A stretch of 64,000 bases of DNA from Octopus sinensis. Lineage: Eukaryota. Shown in pieces: positions 38,849 to 52,692 of the stretch; the first letter of the stretch is position 1, and each line of letters begins with the position of its first letter. The stretch lies in assembly GCF_006345805.1 (NCBI RefSeq), contig NC_043019.1, positions 22,629,360 to 22,693,359 on the forward strand. Reading direction: 5' to 3'. A model generated the notes under the pieces. The model saw only the letters and a list, made by a program, of their open reading frames with translations, did no database searches and had not been told where the DNA came from. A program made the position numbers and the translations under genes.

Positions 38849-40307
38849 ATATATATTTATATATTTGCGTGCACAGATATTTATTTACATATATCCTTAC
38901 ACATACACACATACTGAGATGCATGAAAACATCCCAATACAGAGATGCAGTTGCCATGGTGACTGTTAGCAGAGAGAGACTTCTAGTTTAGATATGCAAA
39001 TGGAAATTGTGTGTTGGTCATCTCATTGCTGATCATGGACCAAAGTTTGGACCATTCACTCATGTAATTTCCTGTCTAAATACCAAAGTTAATGAACAAG
39101 AAACCACCATCAGCTGGCTGTAACAAAACCAAGGAATCAGAGTTGTAAAAGACAGAGCAGTCTGATTAATAATTAAATGCCTAACGACATTAAATGCCTA
39201 ACACCAACATCGGAATATCAATGAACCAAACAAGTGAGCGTCTACAAGAATTGGTCATGTCATCAGAAACAGCAGCAAAATTTTCCCTCCACCTTTAAAG
39301 ATAATGAAAGCTGCTTGTTCAGGACTAGTATAGAACAATAAGTGGATACCACAGGGTTGTACAATAAGTGGGATACTCCAAGGTACACCAGTAACAGTAC
39401 TACTTTGGCAAATTAATTTTTTAATTAGTCACTAATCAACAAGGAGTTATTGGACCGATGATCATCAAAGACATTCCAGCTGTGACTATTCTGTTTTTTT
39501 TTCTTAACAAAACATATATATCTAGGACTACATTATCCAATGTGACCTTTATTTAGATTTAAGACAGTAATGAGAGAGATATCGTTGCCATTTCTAGGAA
39601 GATAAATGATCACATAGAGATTCCTTCTGTGGCCTGGCAAAGTGGTTTCTTAACTTGTGATGGTGTAGTAGTCGTAGCAGTAGTCGTAGTAGTAATCTAA
39701 CCCCCACCTCCAGGCCTATCCTGATTAAGTAGAATCGATGATCAAAAATGCTAACCTGATATACTTCAGTACTACATCCTCATGTATAAACAAGCCAGCT
39801 TCATTTTTAAAAAAAAGTATAGGGTGTTCTTTGAAGGAGATTTGGCTGCTGTATCTAGCTAATCAAGTGACTACATAAAGGTGCTATCTTGCATTTCAGA
39901 AGTACAGTAGTAGAGAGATGTATGTGGATCATATCAATATAACTTAATCTAAACCCACCACAGAAGGACAAATTCTTCAGTAATGCTTTAACAACTAGAT
40001 TTAACAGTAACAGTTGGATTTGGTCTGAGAAGCTTTTATAGAACTTAACAATAACCAAAACTTTGCTTTAAAAAATGGACACCCATAGTGGGACCCTACT
40101 TTGATCTGCTTGAAGGGACAGCTAAACTTGCCCTCAGTAAATTGGCTACTGAAGATGAGAATGGAGAACAAGCTTTTCGAAATTGTAAATATTGATATGT
40201 ATTCTTAAAAGACAATGACTTGGGGTCATGTAATTGGCTAGCCCCTTCTCTTAAAAAAATTCCTAGATGTGTGCCCTATAGTAGAAAGGATTATTAATGT
40301 TAATGAA

Positions 40308-40478
40308 AGCAATGAGCTGGCAGAATTGGTACCATGCTGGACAAAATACTTAACGACCTTCCTTCAGGCTTTACATGCTAAGGGCAACTTTGCTTTCCAT
40401 CCTTTCAGAGTTGATAAAGTAAGTATCAGTTGAACACTGGGATCCATAAAATCGATTCCCCCTCCCCTCAAAAACATT
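40308..40478 (+). mobile_element. SINE family B (plus strand, degenerate)
   Basis: gagctggcagaat...ctttccatcctttcagagttgataaagtaagtatcag; (ATT)n tail. Confidence 0.7.
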
Positions 40479-40489
40479 ATTATTATTAT

Positions 40490-40875
40490 TTATTGTCTTT
40501 GCACAGCTTCTAATGCTGGAGATGTACTATGGTACCAGCTGTTCAATGCCAGTGAACTAAGGTAACAGCCCTTATTTTTCGAGCACCGTCAGGAGTATTT
40601 GAGCGGTTCCAAGCAGTGCTGTTCTCTGCAAGTGCTCCACCCTTACTGCAGCCCCTATTTGTTCCATGTACTTCTCAAGATTTTTACTCACTGTTCCCAG
40701 GGCTTCTACTATCACCTCTTCCATCGACCACAAGTGCTTAACCTCCCAAGCTAACTTGTCATATCTATCGACTTTTCTTCCTTATCACATACCTTGTCAG
40801 CTGGGCATGCTATCTCTATGATCCAGCATAGTTTGCTTTCATTCTCAATTAACACTATGTCTGGTTTCCTTATTA
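40490..40875 (-). mobile_element. 5'-truncated R4/Dong-clade non-LTR retrotransposon (RLE endonuclease C-terminus plus 3' UTR)
   Basis: RKPDIVLIENESKLCWIIEIACPADK, frameshift, then VDRYDKLAWEVKHLW...ALGTV...LQRTALLGTAQILLTVLEK* (stop 40572-40574). This is a PD..(D/E)...K-type RLE motif; the 3' end runs into (TAA)n. Confidence 0.85.
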
Positions 40876-41142
40876 TTACGTCCTGTGTTTTGTCCCTTTA
40901 TGTTATAATTGATTTTTGTTAGCCCTTGTGGCCAATAAACGAATGAATTACTATTTTTATTATTCAAAGATTCTAAACTGGATAAAAAATTTCAAGCTTA
41001 CAGAAGATATGGTTTCATGTCCCATGGGCAGCCTCCAACTTTTTCTATCCAAAAGGGATTTTAACCCAATATTTACATCCTAGAAATTTTTTAGTTATAT
41101 CCACTTAAAATTCTACAGTTAAAAATGTATCATTATTATTAC

Positions 41143-41184
<42 letters not shown>

Positions 41185-41261
41185 TCATTGCAGTTCATTC
41201 CAAGTTTTGGTTCCCAGAGAAGTCAACAAGTGTCAAATTCAATAGTTTGCTATTTGTTGCA

Positions 41262-41510
41262 GTTGCTGTTAAACCCCAGGTCAGCTCCTGGTGCTAAATA
41301 GCTGGTCTGTGATCAAAGGCAATCCAGTCATGACCATCCCATCTTTTTTTCCCCTGTGTCACAGAGAATCCTTCATAAGGACACATCACATAATTATATA
41401 CCATGTCCTTATCTAAGATGGCAGATGCAATTTGAGAGAATATGATTGCTGTTTCTAGTACATCAAATGACCATGTAGAGGTTCTCTTGTTGGCTTGTTT
41501 GACAAAGGTT
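41262..41510. mobile_element. Old repeat family H
   Basis: gttgctgtt.a.ccccaggtca...ttccag.catgaccatccc...atttgag.ga.at..g.t.gct.tttctag. Relatives near 3890, 9885, 31810, 39440, 39690, 58445. Confidence 0.65.
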
Positions 41511-41825
41511 GGTTAAAGCGACAATAAAAGAGGGAAGATAAAGAAGATGAGGAATACAGAGTCATTTTGATTTTCAATTCACATTACACCTCATTTCCAA
41601 TTATGAAATCATTTGCCCCAGACTCGTTACTTAACAAACAAAAAAAAAAAAATTAAACACAACAGCAAATTTGTTTTATAAAGAGATGACCCTGGCTATA
41701 ACATTAATTAAATGTTTTTATTAGATTGACTAACGATGTATTGTGGGTCACTCACCTAAAGTACATTGCTCAGAGCAATGCAACAACAACAATAATAAAC
41801 AGAAAATAATGGATGTGAGAAAGCA

Positions 41826-41857
<32 letters not shown>

Positions 41858-42059
41858 CTTCAGTAATTAATACTATCATTAAATCCAGATATTGGTTTCT
41901 CAGCTAGTATCCAGGAAGTTTTACAACACTTCTCTGTAAGTGCAATTTAATGTTTTCACACAGAAAACAGCACACACAAAAAAAAAGCAGAGACAAATAT
42001 ACAAAACACTACACATACACACACTCAAACAAATGCAAACACACATGTATGTATATGGG

Positions 42060-42072
42060 TGTGTGTGTGTGC

Positions 42073-42150
<78 letters not shown>

Positions 42151-42556
42151 GTATATATATATATGTATATAATATATATATGTGTATATATATATGTGTA
42201 TATATATATATGTGTATATATAATATATATATATATGTGTATATGTATATATGTGTATATGTATATATGTGTATATGTATGTATATGTGTATATGTGTAT
42301 GTATGTGTATATGTGTATGTATGTGTATATGTGTATGTATGTATGTGTGTATGTATGTATGTGTGTATGTATGTATGTGTGTATGTATGTATGTGTGTGT
42401 GTATGTGTGTGTGTATGTGTGTGTATGTGTGTGTGTGTGTATGTGTATGTGTGTGTGTGTGTATGTGTGTGTGTGTGTATATGTGTGTATGTATGTGTGT
42501 GTGTATGTATGTATGTGTGTATGTATGTATGTGTGTATGTATATATGTATATGTAT

Positions 42557-42645
<89 letters not shown>

Positions 42646-42720
42646 TATGTGTATATATGTATATATATATATGCATATAATATATATATGTATATGTGTG
42701 TGTGTGTGTGGATGTATGTA
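42060..42720. repeat. Long compound (TA)/(TG)/(TATG) microsatellite
   Basis: Directly visible. Confidence 0.97.
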
Positions 42721-44057
42721 TATATTGCACACCCACACACATTTATGCACATATACATACCACAGACCTAAACATATCCATTAACATATATACACACCTA
42801 CACATATACACTCAAACACACACACAAATATATATATAATGGTTAGTAGCTTTAAACCCATAAAACCTCCATTTCTAGGTATAGTTGAGTGTAAACATAG
42901 TTTGGCTCTGCTAAGTCCTCATATAGACACACAGACACACAAAGAAAATAAGTAATTACTAACAAGTGAAATAGCATGGTAATTAATTTAAGCAGTAAAT
43001 TACCATACATTTATTTATTTCTATATCTAATTAATCACTAATTCATTTATAAGTTGCTATGGTCAGTTGGTACCTAAACAGTTAACATAGAAACAGTTAC
43101 ATATGCAAGTTTCTTTGGAGGCGGGGCTTTCTTTTACAGAATTATGAATATTCATAGGAAAAGGAGCGGCAGAGAGTGGGTGGTACAGGAGTAAAATAAA
43201 ATTGGAAAAACAAAAGGGAAAAAAAAAACAGGGGTTAAAGTTCCCAGAATCACCCAAGGATATATATAAATGACAAATGTAAATATTTCACTGAAAGATA
43301 GGTATATGTGATATATATACGTGTATACACAAGGGTTGGTGTTTGGGGAAATTCAGATGAAGAGGCTAAGAGGGCAGGCTTATGAATACAGGGTGAAGGG
43401 CCATCAATGTGACACTAGTGAAGTTAGGCAGATGTTAATGCTTGGTGTCTTCATGTAGTGGATGATATACTGTTTGTTTTTGCAGAACCAAGGAGGCTTG
43501 GAGCAGTGCACATCATGCATTTGTAGTTGGGAAAGGATTTTTTTAAACTTTGCATAAGTTGGTGAGAGAGAGAAAGAAAGAGAGAGGAAGATGGAGAGGT
43601 GTGGTTTGAATATTGTTGATGTTTGATGAGTTGGGAGTAGGGAGAGGTATAAAATGTGTAGAAGTTTTAGCTGTTATCAGCTGAAGGTTTAACAACAACA
43701 ACAAATAAAAATAATAAAATAAATAGCAACAACAAATAAAAAAATATTGCATAAAAGAATTAAATACAAAAAAAAAAGGTATAACGATAAAAGAAAGTTA
43801 AATCAATCACAGGTGTGTGTATATGCATGTGAATGGGTGTGTGTGTATATTTATATACACACATGAACAGATATACTTATATCTGTGTAAGGATCAGGTT
43901 ATATCACAGTAAGGAAGTAATGAGAGTGAGAGAATGTCAATGGCTGAGTACTGAGTACGGAAAAGGAGTAGAAATCTGAGATAATGAACAGAGAGAGTAT
44001 GAATATTATGGACAAGAAGAGGACAGAGGTCATTCAGGTGCAAGAAGATAAAATTGT

Positions 44058-44109
<52 letters not shown>

Positions 44110-44145
44110 CACACACACACACATGTACATATATATATATATATA

Positions 44146-44360
44146 CTGGAGTAAACATATAAATGTGAAACAAGGTGGAAAAAAGAGTACTCAAATACCA
44201 GGGATAGAGTAATATGCTTTATTTAAAAGCAGCAGAAATTCAACAAAACCTGTTACTCGGAGTTTCACGTTTTTTTTTTTTAAACAAAACTGTCCGACGA
44301 ACGGGAACGTGAAACTCCGAGTAACAAGCTTTGTTGAATTTCTGCTGCATTTAAATAAAG
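44146..44360. mobile_element. (TA)n-flanked fold-back insert resembling a Penelope-like element terminus
   Basis: ~55-bp inverted arms (44217-44271 and 44306-44360); the hammerhead-like motif spans the spacer and right arm. Related to 62720-62837. Confidence 0.65.
44290..44328 (+). ncRNA. Minimal type-I hammerhead-like motif (U4C core variant)
   Basis: Stem I (C)TGT/ACA, core CCGACGA, stem II ACG-GGAA-CGT, GAAA, stem III CTC-C-GAG, GUA triplet. The inverted arm preserves ACAGG, which restores stem I. Confidence 0.65.
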
Positions 44361-44391
<31 letters not shown>

Positions 44392-44459
44392 ATATATATA
44401 CATACATACACATATATACATACACACATTCATATCCATACATATACAGACACACATAC

Positions 44460-44550
44460 ATACATCATCGTCGTTTAACGTCCGTTTTCCATGGTGGCAT
44501 GGGTTGGACAGTTCGAGTGGAGTCTGGGAAGCCAGGAGGCTGCACCAGGC
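44460..44550 (-). mobile_element. Repeat family C 3' fragment
   Basis: catcatcgtcgtttaacgtccgttttccatggtggcatgggttggac. Confidence 0.85.
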
Positions 44551-44959
44551 CCATACACACATATATACACATAGATACATACACACAATAGAATAGTATG
44601 AGTAAGTATATAGTGGAAGCAGAAGGATGTAAGATGGAATGTAGAGAGATGGAAATGTGTGAGTCAGTAAAATAGCAGAAAACTGCGGAAGTTTGTGTGG
44701 AAATTTGCTGTCAGGATAAAATGACAGTAGAATATTGGAAAGTTTTTAAAAATCTTTTTAGTCAGAAGGAAAGGTCATGTCCATGACCCCAATCTAGAGC
44801 CTTAGAGATTAAAGGGAGGGATGTCTCCTGGAATTTGAAAGCTGGGCTGAATGCTTGTGACAGAGTAAAGTCCACTAAAGGGACCCAACATGCCAGGTGG
44901 TGATGTTAAACTTGGATAGTGATGTGTCTACCACCCAAGTGGAAATACAAAAGGAAATA

Positions 44960-45225
44960 CAAGTGTGGAGTAGAAAGCTAGTTATTGCTGTAAAACAATT
45001 ATAGAGTGGAAAGTTAGTTGTGTAAGACGGAAGTGTAACGCGGAAAGTTGAGTGTGTAAAAGAGAGGAAATTGTGTTGGACAGAAGTAGTATGGAAAGTT
45101 GTCTGTAAAACAGAATGTGGAGAGGTAAGTTAATTGTGTATAATAGAAGTGTAGTAAGGAAAATTGTTTGTGTAAAATAGAATTGTAGAGTGGAAAGTTA
45201 GTTGTGTGGAAAGCTGTCAGTGTAA
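44960..45225. repeat. Degenerate ~33-bp minisatellite (GTAGAGTGGAAAGTTAGTTGTGT...)
   Basis: Repeating GGAAAGTT..TGTGT motif. Confidence 0.7.
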
Positions 45226-45317
45226 AATGAAAGTGTACAAAAAAAAAAAAATAAACAACATATCAAATACAAATGAATTAAAAGGTGTAAGCAACAACAA
45301 TAACAGCAGGAATAAAC

Positions 45318-45349
<32 letters not shown>

Positions 45350-45569
45350 CAACAACAACAGGAGGAAATGAAATAAAATAAAAAAAACAAAAGCAAGCAA
45401 CAAAAACAAAAAATAACCAGCAGCAAATTTAAAAAAAAAAAGGAAACTAAAAACAACTTAAAAAAAAAAACAATATAGAGCTGGTAACAATGTCTTCTTT
45501 CTCAATTACTCTCCAACTCCTCCCATTTGTGCGCAAGTGTGTGCAAGCGTGCATCTGCATGCATGTCTG

Positions 45570-45804
45570 CACATATTTATATGCATAAATATACATACAT
45601 ATATATACATATATATATATATACATGTATATACATACATATATATACATGTATATATATATATATATATACATGTATATACATATATATATATATACAT
45701 GTATATACATATACATTTATATACATGTACATATATATATACATGTATATACATATATATACATATACATATATATATATATATACACATGTATATACAT
45801 ATAT

Positions 45805-45845
<41 letters not shown>

Positions 45846-45850
45846 TATAG
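45570..45850. repeat. Compound (TA)/(TACA) microsatellite
   Basis: Directly visible. Confidence 0.95.
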
Positions 45851-46557
45851 TATAGATATGGCAGGACTTAGGGGCAGAAAATTTGAAACAAGACAGGTTG
45901 GTGCTAGGGGCTAGAGTAACGGAAGGGTAGGTAGGTCCTGGGTGGGTAATTTAGATGGTGACCATGACGACAGCAACGAAAATGATGTTGATGATGATGA
46001 TGGTGATGATGATGATGATGACGACAATGGTAGTGGCGATGGTGATGATGATAAAGAAGTTTTCTCCCTACGTGATAAAACATGAGCGATATAATACATG
46101 AGTGATTACAATGCATTAAGCAATGCTAGGGTCATTAACTGTGATATGATGAATGAAAAGTGGGGCAGAGAAGTCAAAACACTTGCAACAACTTTAACAT
46201 GTCTCACACACAGTCATGTCAGATATAAATTATGTTTCATTGATCTATGAAATGATATAAATTACTTGCTGTCTTTAATGGATATCACGGCTGTATCTGG
46301 TGTACATCTTGTGTGTCATTTGAGAGGTGAAATTGAGCAAAGCCTATTAGTGAAGTGTATGTATGTTTGGCTGAAAGCCATATAGTGATGTGTGCTTAAA
46401 TAGAAACAAAACAGGAACACCTGTTTGACAGAAATCTACTATAAGCACATCAACAAGAGACTACCAGGAACACGTGGTTTGTCAAATGTGTCTGACAGAT
46501 GTCTACTGGATACATATGTTTCACACAAACTTATAACACATTTGTTTGATATGTATT

Positions 46558-46604
<47 letters not shown>

Positions 46605-46611
<7 letters not shown>

Positions 46612-47060
46612 GAGAGAGAAGGAGTAGAAAGGATAATAAATATACAAATTAATAGATGAATACATAGGACAGATACATAGATGGATATGAAGTACTATAT
46701 ATATGTGTGTCTATATATATATATATATATATACGATAGAGAAAGAGAGATGTGTATAAATGCTCGTCTGTATATACATGTGTGTGTGTGTGTGTGTGTG
46801 TATGTATATATATATATATATATATAATATATATATATATATATAATATATATGTATAATAGAGAGAGAAGGAGTAGAAAGGATAATAAATATACAAATT
46901 AATAGATGAATACATAGGACAGATACATAGATGGATATGAAGTACTATATATATGTGTGTCTATATATATATATATATATATACGATAGAGAAAGAGAGA
47001 TGTGTATAAATGCTCGTCTGTATATACATGTGTGTGTGTGTGTGTGTGTATGTATATATA
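46605..47060. repeat. 250-bp period tandem duplication
   Basis: agagagagaaggagtagaaagg... at 46611 recurs at 46861 with identical unique sequence. Confidence 0.93.
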
Positions 47061-47104
<44 letters not shown>

Positions 47105-47751
47105 TAATATGGAAAATCATAAATATCAAGTATACTACATAGATAAAAGAAATAGCTTCATGATGGGGAGGGATAAAGTGCAGGTAGAAAAGATTATTGT
47201 TTGAAGTTATTATTATTGTTATTATTATTATTATTATAAAAATAATTTGGTTTTAAAGAAATATCTCTACATTAAATATTCATTTTTGATATCTTATGCA
47301 CAAAGCCTCCAAATTTGGCATGAGGCGGGTCAGATGCAAAAGAGCAGAGTGGACTGCATTGTCTGCCCTCACCCCCCAGTAGTTAACTGGTACTTTCCAT
47401 TCAAAACAATAAGGTGTGAGGATAACTATGCTGAAAAGGACAATACCACCATGGCTACCCAACTAGAAGAGGGTTTAATTGCTAGAAAAGGGTCTTTGCA
47501 TTAGGAGAAGAGAAGAAGGAATGCTACTGAGCAAATCAGTGGATAAAATGTCCCCTGCGAGGCCAGGGGTCAAAGATGGCATTAATTTTGTGAAGGGAAA
47601 TAAAGTCTTTAAAAAACTGGAATTATTTATTGAGCAACATGTAGTTTAGGAAATTAGTATGGCATTGAGCAAAATGTTATATACAAGAATGGGCATATAT
47701 GTACACATGGATATATATATATAATATACACACACACATACAAACAAACAC

Positions 47752-47786
<35 letters not shown>

Positions 47787-48067
47787 TGCATACACGTGTG
47801 CGTGTATATCTGTGTATTGATAGATATGCATAAGCATATACACGCGTGTTCCTATAGAAGCTGAAGGCTACTTTTGTCACCACTCACAGTTTCCTGGGAA
47901 CATTTGTCCATGGGACACTGATAAACAGCAAGTCTTACCAAAGGAAGCTTTAGCTTCAAGATATATATATATATATACATATACACACACTGAATACTTT
48001 TTTCTTGTTGTAATCTAAATTCCTATTTGATTTATACATACATACATACATACACATATATATATAT

Positions 48068-48100
<33 letters not shown>

Positions 48101-48238
48101 TGTATGTGTTAACATACTGAGAAAAGCAAAGATTATGTCAGCATGTGTTAAACATGTGTGGTCAGTAGTTATGAGGCTTTACTCAACATACATACACATG
48201 TAAATTTATATACATGCACCCACATGTGGGTAAAGATA

Positions 48239-48281
<43 letters not shown>

Positions 48282-48465
48282 AATATATATATAACATATA
48301 TGTAAATATGCTCAATTTTATATGCATATATATATATATATATATATATATAGAAAGAGGAAAGTATATGCCCTTCGCCATTAGAGCCTGATGAATCATC
48401 CATGAAGCTAAGTGCTTTATGAATGCAAAACTTTTGGTCACACTCTGATCAGGCATATACTTAAC

Positions 48466-48515
<50 letters not shown>

Positions 48516-50469
48516 CATACATATACACACAGAGATACAAATAAGTTAAATGTAGATTTAAAATTAAAATACGAGAAAAATTATCAAAAAACATGCATTT
48601 GTGCTTTTTTCATCCCACCCCTGCCCCAAGGGAAGTTATCCCCCACTCCCTTTTGAAGGGTCTATCGTAGAAATCATGAAATGTGTGCGAGTTTAGTACT
48701 TTTTAAAGTTTTTTTTTGTGGCTTTATATATATATACAATGTTTTTAATTTTTACATTTGTGGTCCCCAAAAGCGGCGATATATATATATATATATATAT
48801 AATATAAAATTAAAATATGCAAATGAGATTGTGATATTTTTGCTACAATCATCACACTTATAGATATAGAAATGTTAAAAAAAAAAGGAGAATATTTAAA
48901 ACAATAGTTAAAAAATTAATACTTTTCCGTCTTCTGTCCAGTCCTTTTATACATCATGTTAACCCTCTGGATCCTAGAGCATTATCCCTTAACCACATCA
49001 CACTACACTGTTAACCTACTAATCAAAAATGTTATTGAAGCTGTTCTTCAGTCACTGTCAATACTTGTTTAACTTAATCTGAACAGATCACGACCAGAAA
49101 GGTAGATTTACTCAAATGCAAATATATAGGATTAGAACAAGATAAAATCAAACTGATGTGCTTATGTCAGGCTGGCACCGTTTTGCAATCGTGGGGTACT
49201 TTGATGCAACATAAACGTTAGCAGCAGGATGTTCTTCTTGTCATTGATCCCTTATCTTATTTTTTGAGTTCAGGGATCTCTCATCTCATACATCTTCAAA
49301 GGTGCCAAAGCCAGTAGATGTTTTGTAGATGGGAGAAATGACGACAGCGTTACAACTTGTAACTTGTGATTTTGGATGAAGCATAAATATTCCACATTTC
49401 CATGCAGCTTGCTGGGCATACGGTCGTGCACAAGTGGTGTAGCAGTCAGCACTGAATGAGTCAATGAATGAACAAATAAATATAGTAAATAAATATTGAT
49501 GATGTACTATGAATACCAAAACAGTGTGTATTGATGCTGTCTCACTACTCTCTCTCTCTTTTGATGTTCATCATATTTTTGCATCTCTTTGAGCTGAGCT
49601 CTTATGTTTAATAAAGATTATCATTACTTATTCAAGTGTGTTCTTAGACTATGTAGCTAAAACAGGTATTTTACTATTATCATTGTTGTTATTGTTAAGA
49701 TAAATCAAAGCCATAGATTTTCGTTAAGGCCATGCTGTATCTTTACTATTGTTGCCTGGCATTTTTTAAAAAGTCACAACTGACTCTAGGTGTCTTTGTA
49801 TGTATGTATGTATATAAGTTAATTAGGGAACCATAAATCACAATATATATACATCGTTACTGCTAGGACATCGTTAGCCTGTGACATGTCTATTATTTCG
49901 TCTGTTAATTATACCACTTGTTTGACAAGTCTGTTATTACTTCACACACACCCCACCCACAAACACTTTGTAACAGTCATCATTATTACTCTTTTAATCA
50001 TCAGGAAATACAGTCATTGCCAATGAAAGAGGTCTATAATCAGAAGTATTCCAGCCACAACCTCATAGTGTTTTTACTCAATTTAGGGCTGCATTATCTA
50101 ACGTCTCCTTCCTTCCCTTTCTCAGATAGCAGGCAGCGATTTAAGGGGAACTTGGTTATTTTGAACAGATCAACATATTACCAATAAGTTCATCGCTGTT
50201 CCTGAACTATTTGATGAATAAAATAGTTCTCATTTTTGTTTCACATCCATTTTTACTTGTTAGCATTACTGAGACATTGTTTACAGTTGGATGCTCTTAC
50301 TGTCATTAACATTCATCTGGTTTTTTTGTCAAGTTCAGGGATCTCTCTTCAAAAGGCAGAAAGCCAGGAAATGATTCGATAGGAGAAATGAAAACAACAT
50401 TGCAACTTGTAGCTTGTGGTTTTCAGAGCAATAAATATAAAGAAATACACACATACACACATGTACAAA

Positions 50470-50625
50470 TATGATAGTCTTTTTTTCTGTTTCTATCAAT
50501 GAAATCCACTCACAAAGCTTTGATCGGTTGAGGGCTATTGTACAAGACATCTGCCCTTGGTATCCCACAGTGAGACTGAACCAGAAACTACTGGATTACA
50601 AAATGAACTTCTTAACCACACACAA
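50470..50625 (-). mobile_element. Degenerate SINE family A 5' part
   Basis: aaatccactcacaaagc...gagactgaaccagaaac...cttaaccacac. Confidence 0.65.
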
Positions 50626-50964
50626 ATGGTCTCTAAACTTTAGCCCTTTCCCATAGATAAGGGAATCCATTTTACAAGAGACCACATTTATTCTGTGGTT
50701 TAAGATTCCATTGTATTCTACTGGTCTCTGTGTACTGGTCCCTACATAGTTATTCCTCTAAGGGAGATTGATTATCCTAGTGATTGGTGTATTGATCCCT
50801 TTATTGATGGTGCTGTTCTTTTAATGAACCAATTTGTCTCGCCAGCTGGTGTCGAAATGGAAATGAGAAACTGGTATTAGTTTACCAAGAAGCTACTGAA
50901 ATACTATAGTGCCTGGTGATAATTATGATAATGAGAGGAAGGAATGTCTTGGAGACAGTAACAA

Positions 50965-51300
50965 CCAAAATCATCATCATCATCTATATTCCATGCTGGC
51001 ATGGGTTGGATGGTCTGAGATGAGCTGAGTCAGAAAACTGTGTTGAGCTCTGATGTCTGCTTTGGCATGGTTTCTACAAATGAACACCTTTCCTTAAATG
51101 CTAACCATTTTACATAGCACCAGCATTAGTGAGGTTACCAAGCAACTTGCAAAACAAGATCCCTCAATTGAGAAGTGTAGAGGGAGGTGCTTTGTGTCAG
51201 GTATGATAAAGAGTCCTGGGGTCGATTTGCTTGACTAAAGGTGGTGCTCCAGCATGGCTGCAGTCAAATGACTGAAACAAGTAAAAGAGTAAGAGTAAAA
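50965..51300. mobile_element. Family C copy (minus) abutting a family A tail (plus, ~51205-51300)
   Basis: catcatcatc...ccatgctggcatgggttgga, then agtcctggggtcgatttgc...gactgaaacaagtaaaagag. Confidence 0.7.
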
Positions 51301-51641
51301 AACTGAAGAAGGGTCATGCAGTAGAGGTGAAATTTGGAATTAAGGTCCACACAGAACTTCTTTCAGAAGACAGTACGACTAGAAACAGATTAGATTCCGA
51401 AGAAAATTCTTGAGATATGAGGACTTGAAATGTAAAATTACAAGGACTCTAATAGATATTTGCTATTCCTCTCTTTCTCTACATCAACAATTAGTAGAAG
51501 ACTGACATGTTGAAATGGTGATAATAATGATTATGATTTCTGAGATTGGTAAGTGGATTAATGTGTGTTTTACTGAGCTTGGATTTATAGAATGGTCCAA
51601 CATATTCAAAATGGAAACTGAAATAACTCAGTAATAATGAG

Positions 51642-51676
51642 AATGGTTTCAAATTTTAACATAGGGCCAGAAATCT

Positions 51677-51757
<81 letters not shown>

Positions 51758-52205
51758 AAGTTGATTACATCAACCCCAGTGCTCGACTGCTACTAAATTT
51801 ATCAACCCCAAAAGCATGAGAGGTAAAGTCGACTCTGGCAACATTTGAACTAAGAACAATTATGATAGCAATAATAACAACAATTCTTCAACTGCGAAGA
51901 AGAATGGAACTTTGTCAAACAGACAGACTGAGGAAGGCAGAGTTATATGCCTTGCCAAAAAGGTAACAACAACAACACAACAACTTAATATGAAAATTGA
52001 TAAATAATAATAATAATCCTTTCTGCTATAATCACAAAGCCAGAAATTTTGGAGAAGGGGACCAGTCAATTACATTGGCCCCAGTACTCAACTGGTACTT
52101 ATGTTATCGACTCCAAAAAGACGGAGGACACAGTTGACCTTGGCGGGATTTGATCTCAGAATGTAAAGATAGACGAATGCCACTAAGTATTCTGCCAACT
52201 CACCA
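51642..52205 (-). mobile_element. Two SINE family B copies
   Basis: 51642-51855 (with internal TG/GA microsatellite) and 52017-52205. Confidence 0.75.
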
Positions 52206-52313
52206 TGATAATAAGAATAACAATAAAAGTATGTGAAGACTCAAAGAAGTAGGACAGAACTGAGAATATTATTCAAAGTAAAGTTTTACTCTAACAACAC
52301 TATGCTGATAATG

Positions 52314-52348
<35 letters not shown>

Positions 52349-52648
52349 TACATACATAAATAAATAAATACATGCATACACACACCTACCTACACATAGG
52401 GTATTGTATATACAGAATCATCATTTGAAATTTAATTTTGGAAAGTTAAGGTATGATTTATTTTAGTCCATATTGCCTCAGGTAATGTGTGTACACATAC
52501 TGAGAGAGAGAGAGAGAGGTGGGGGCTCTAACTGCACATGAATGATATGTAGGGTGTGATGATGTAGTAGTTAGTACTCCACAAAGGTACTTAGCAGCAA
52601 ATGTACTCTGATACAGGATGGAATACATACACTGCATGTGCGCGTGTT

Positions 52649-52692
<44 letters not shown>

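Noticed and set aside
51355-51420. CAGAAGA...GAAAC hammerhead-like string
   Set aside because: Stems I and III do not pair in register.
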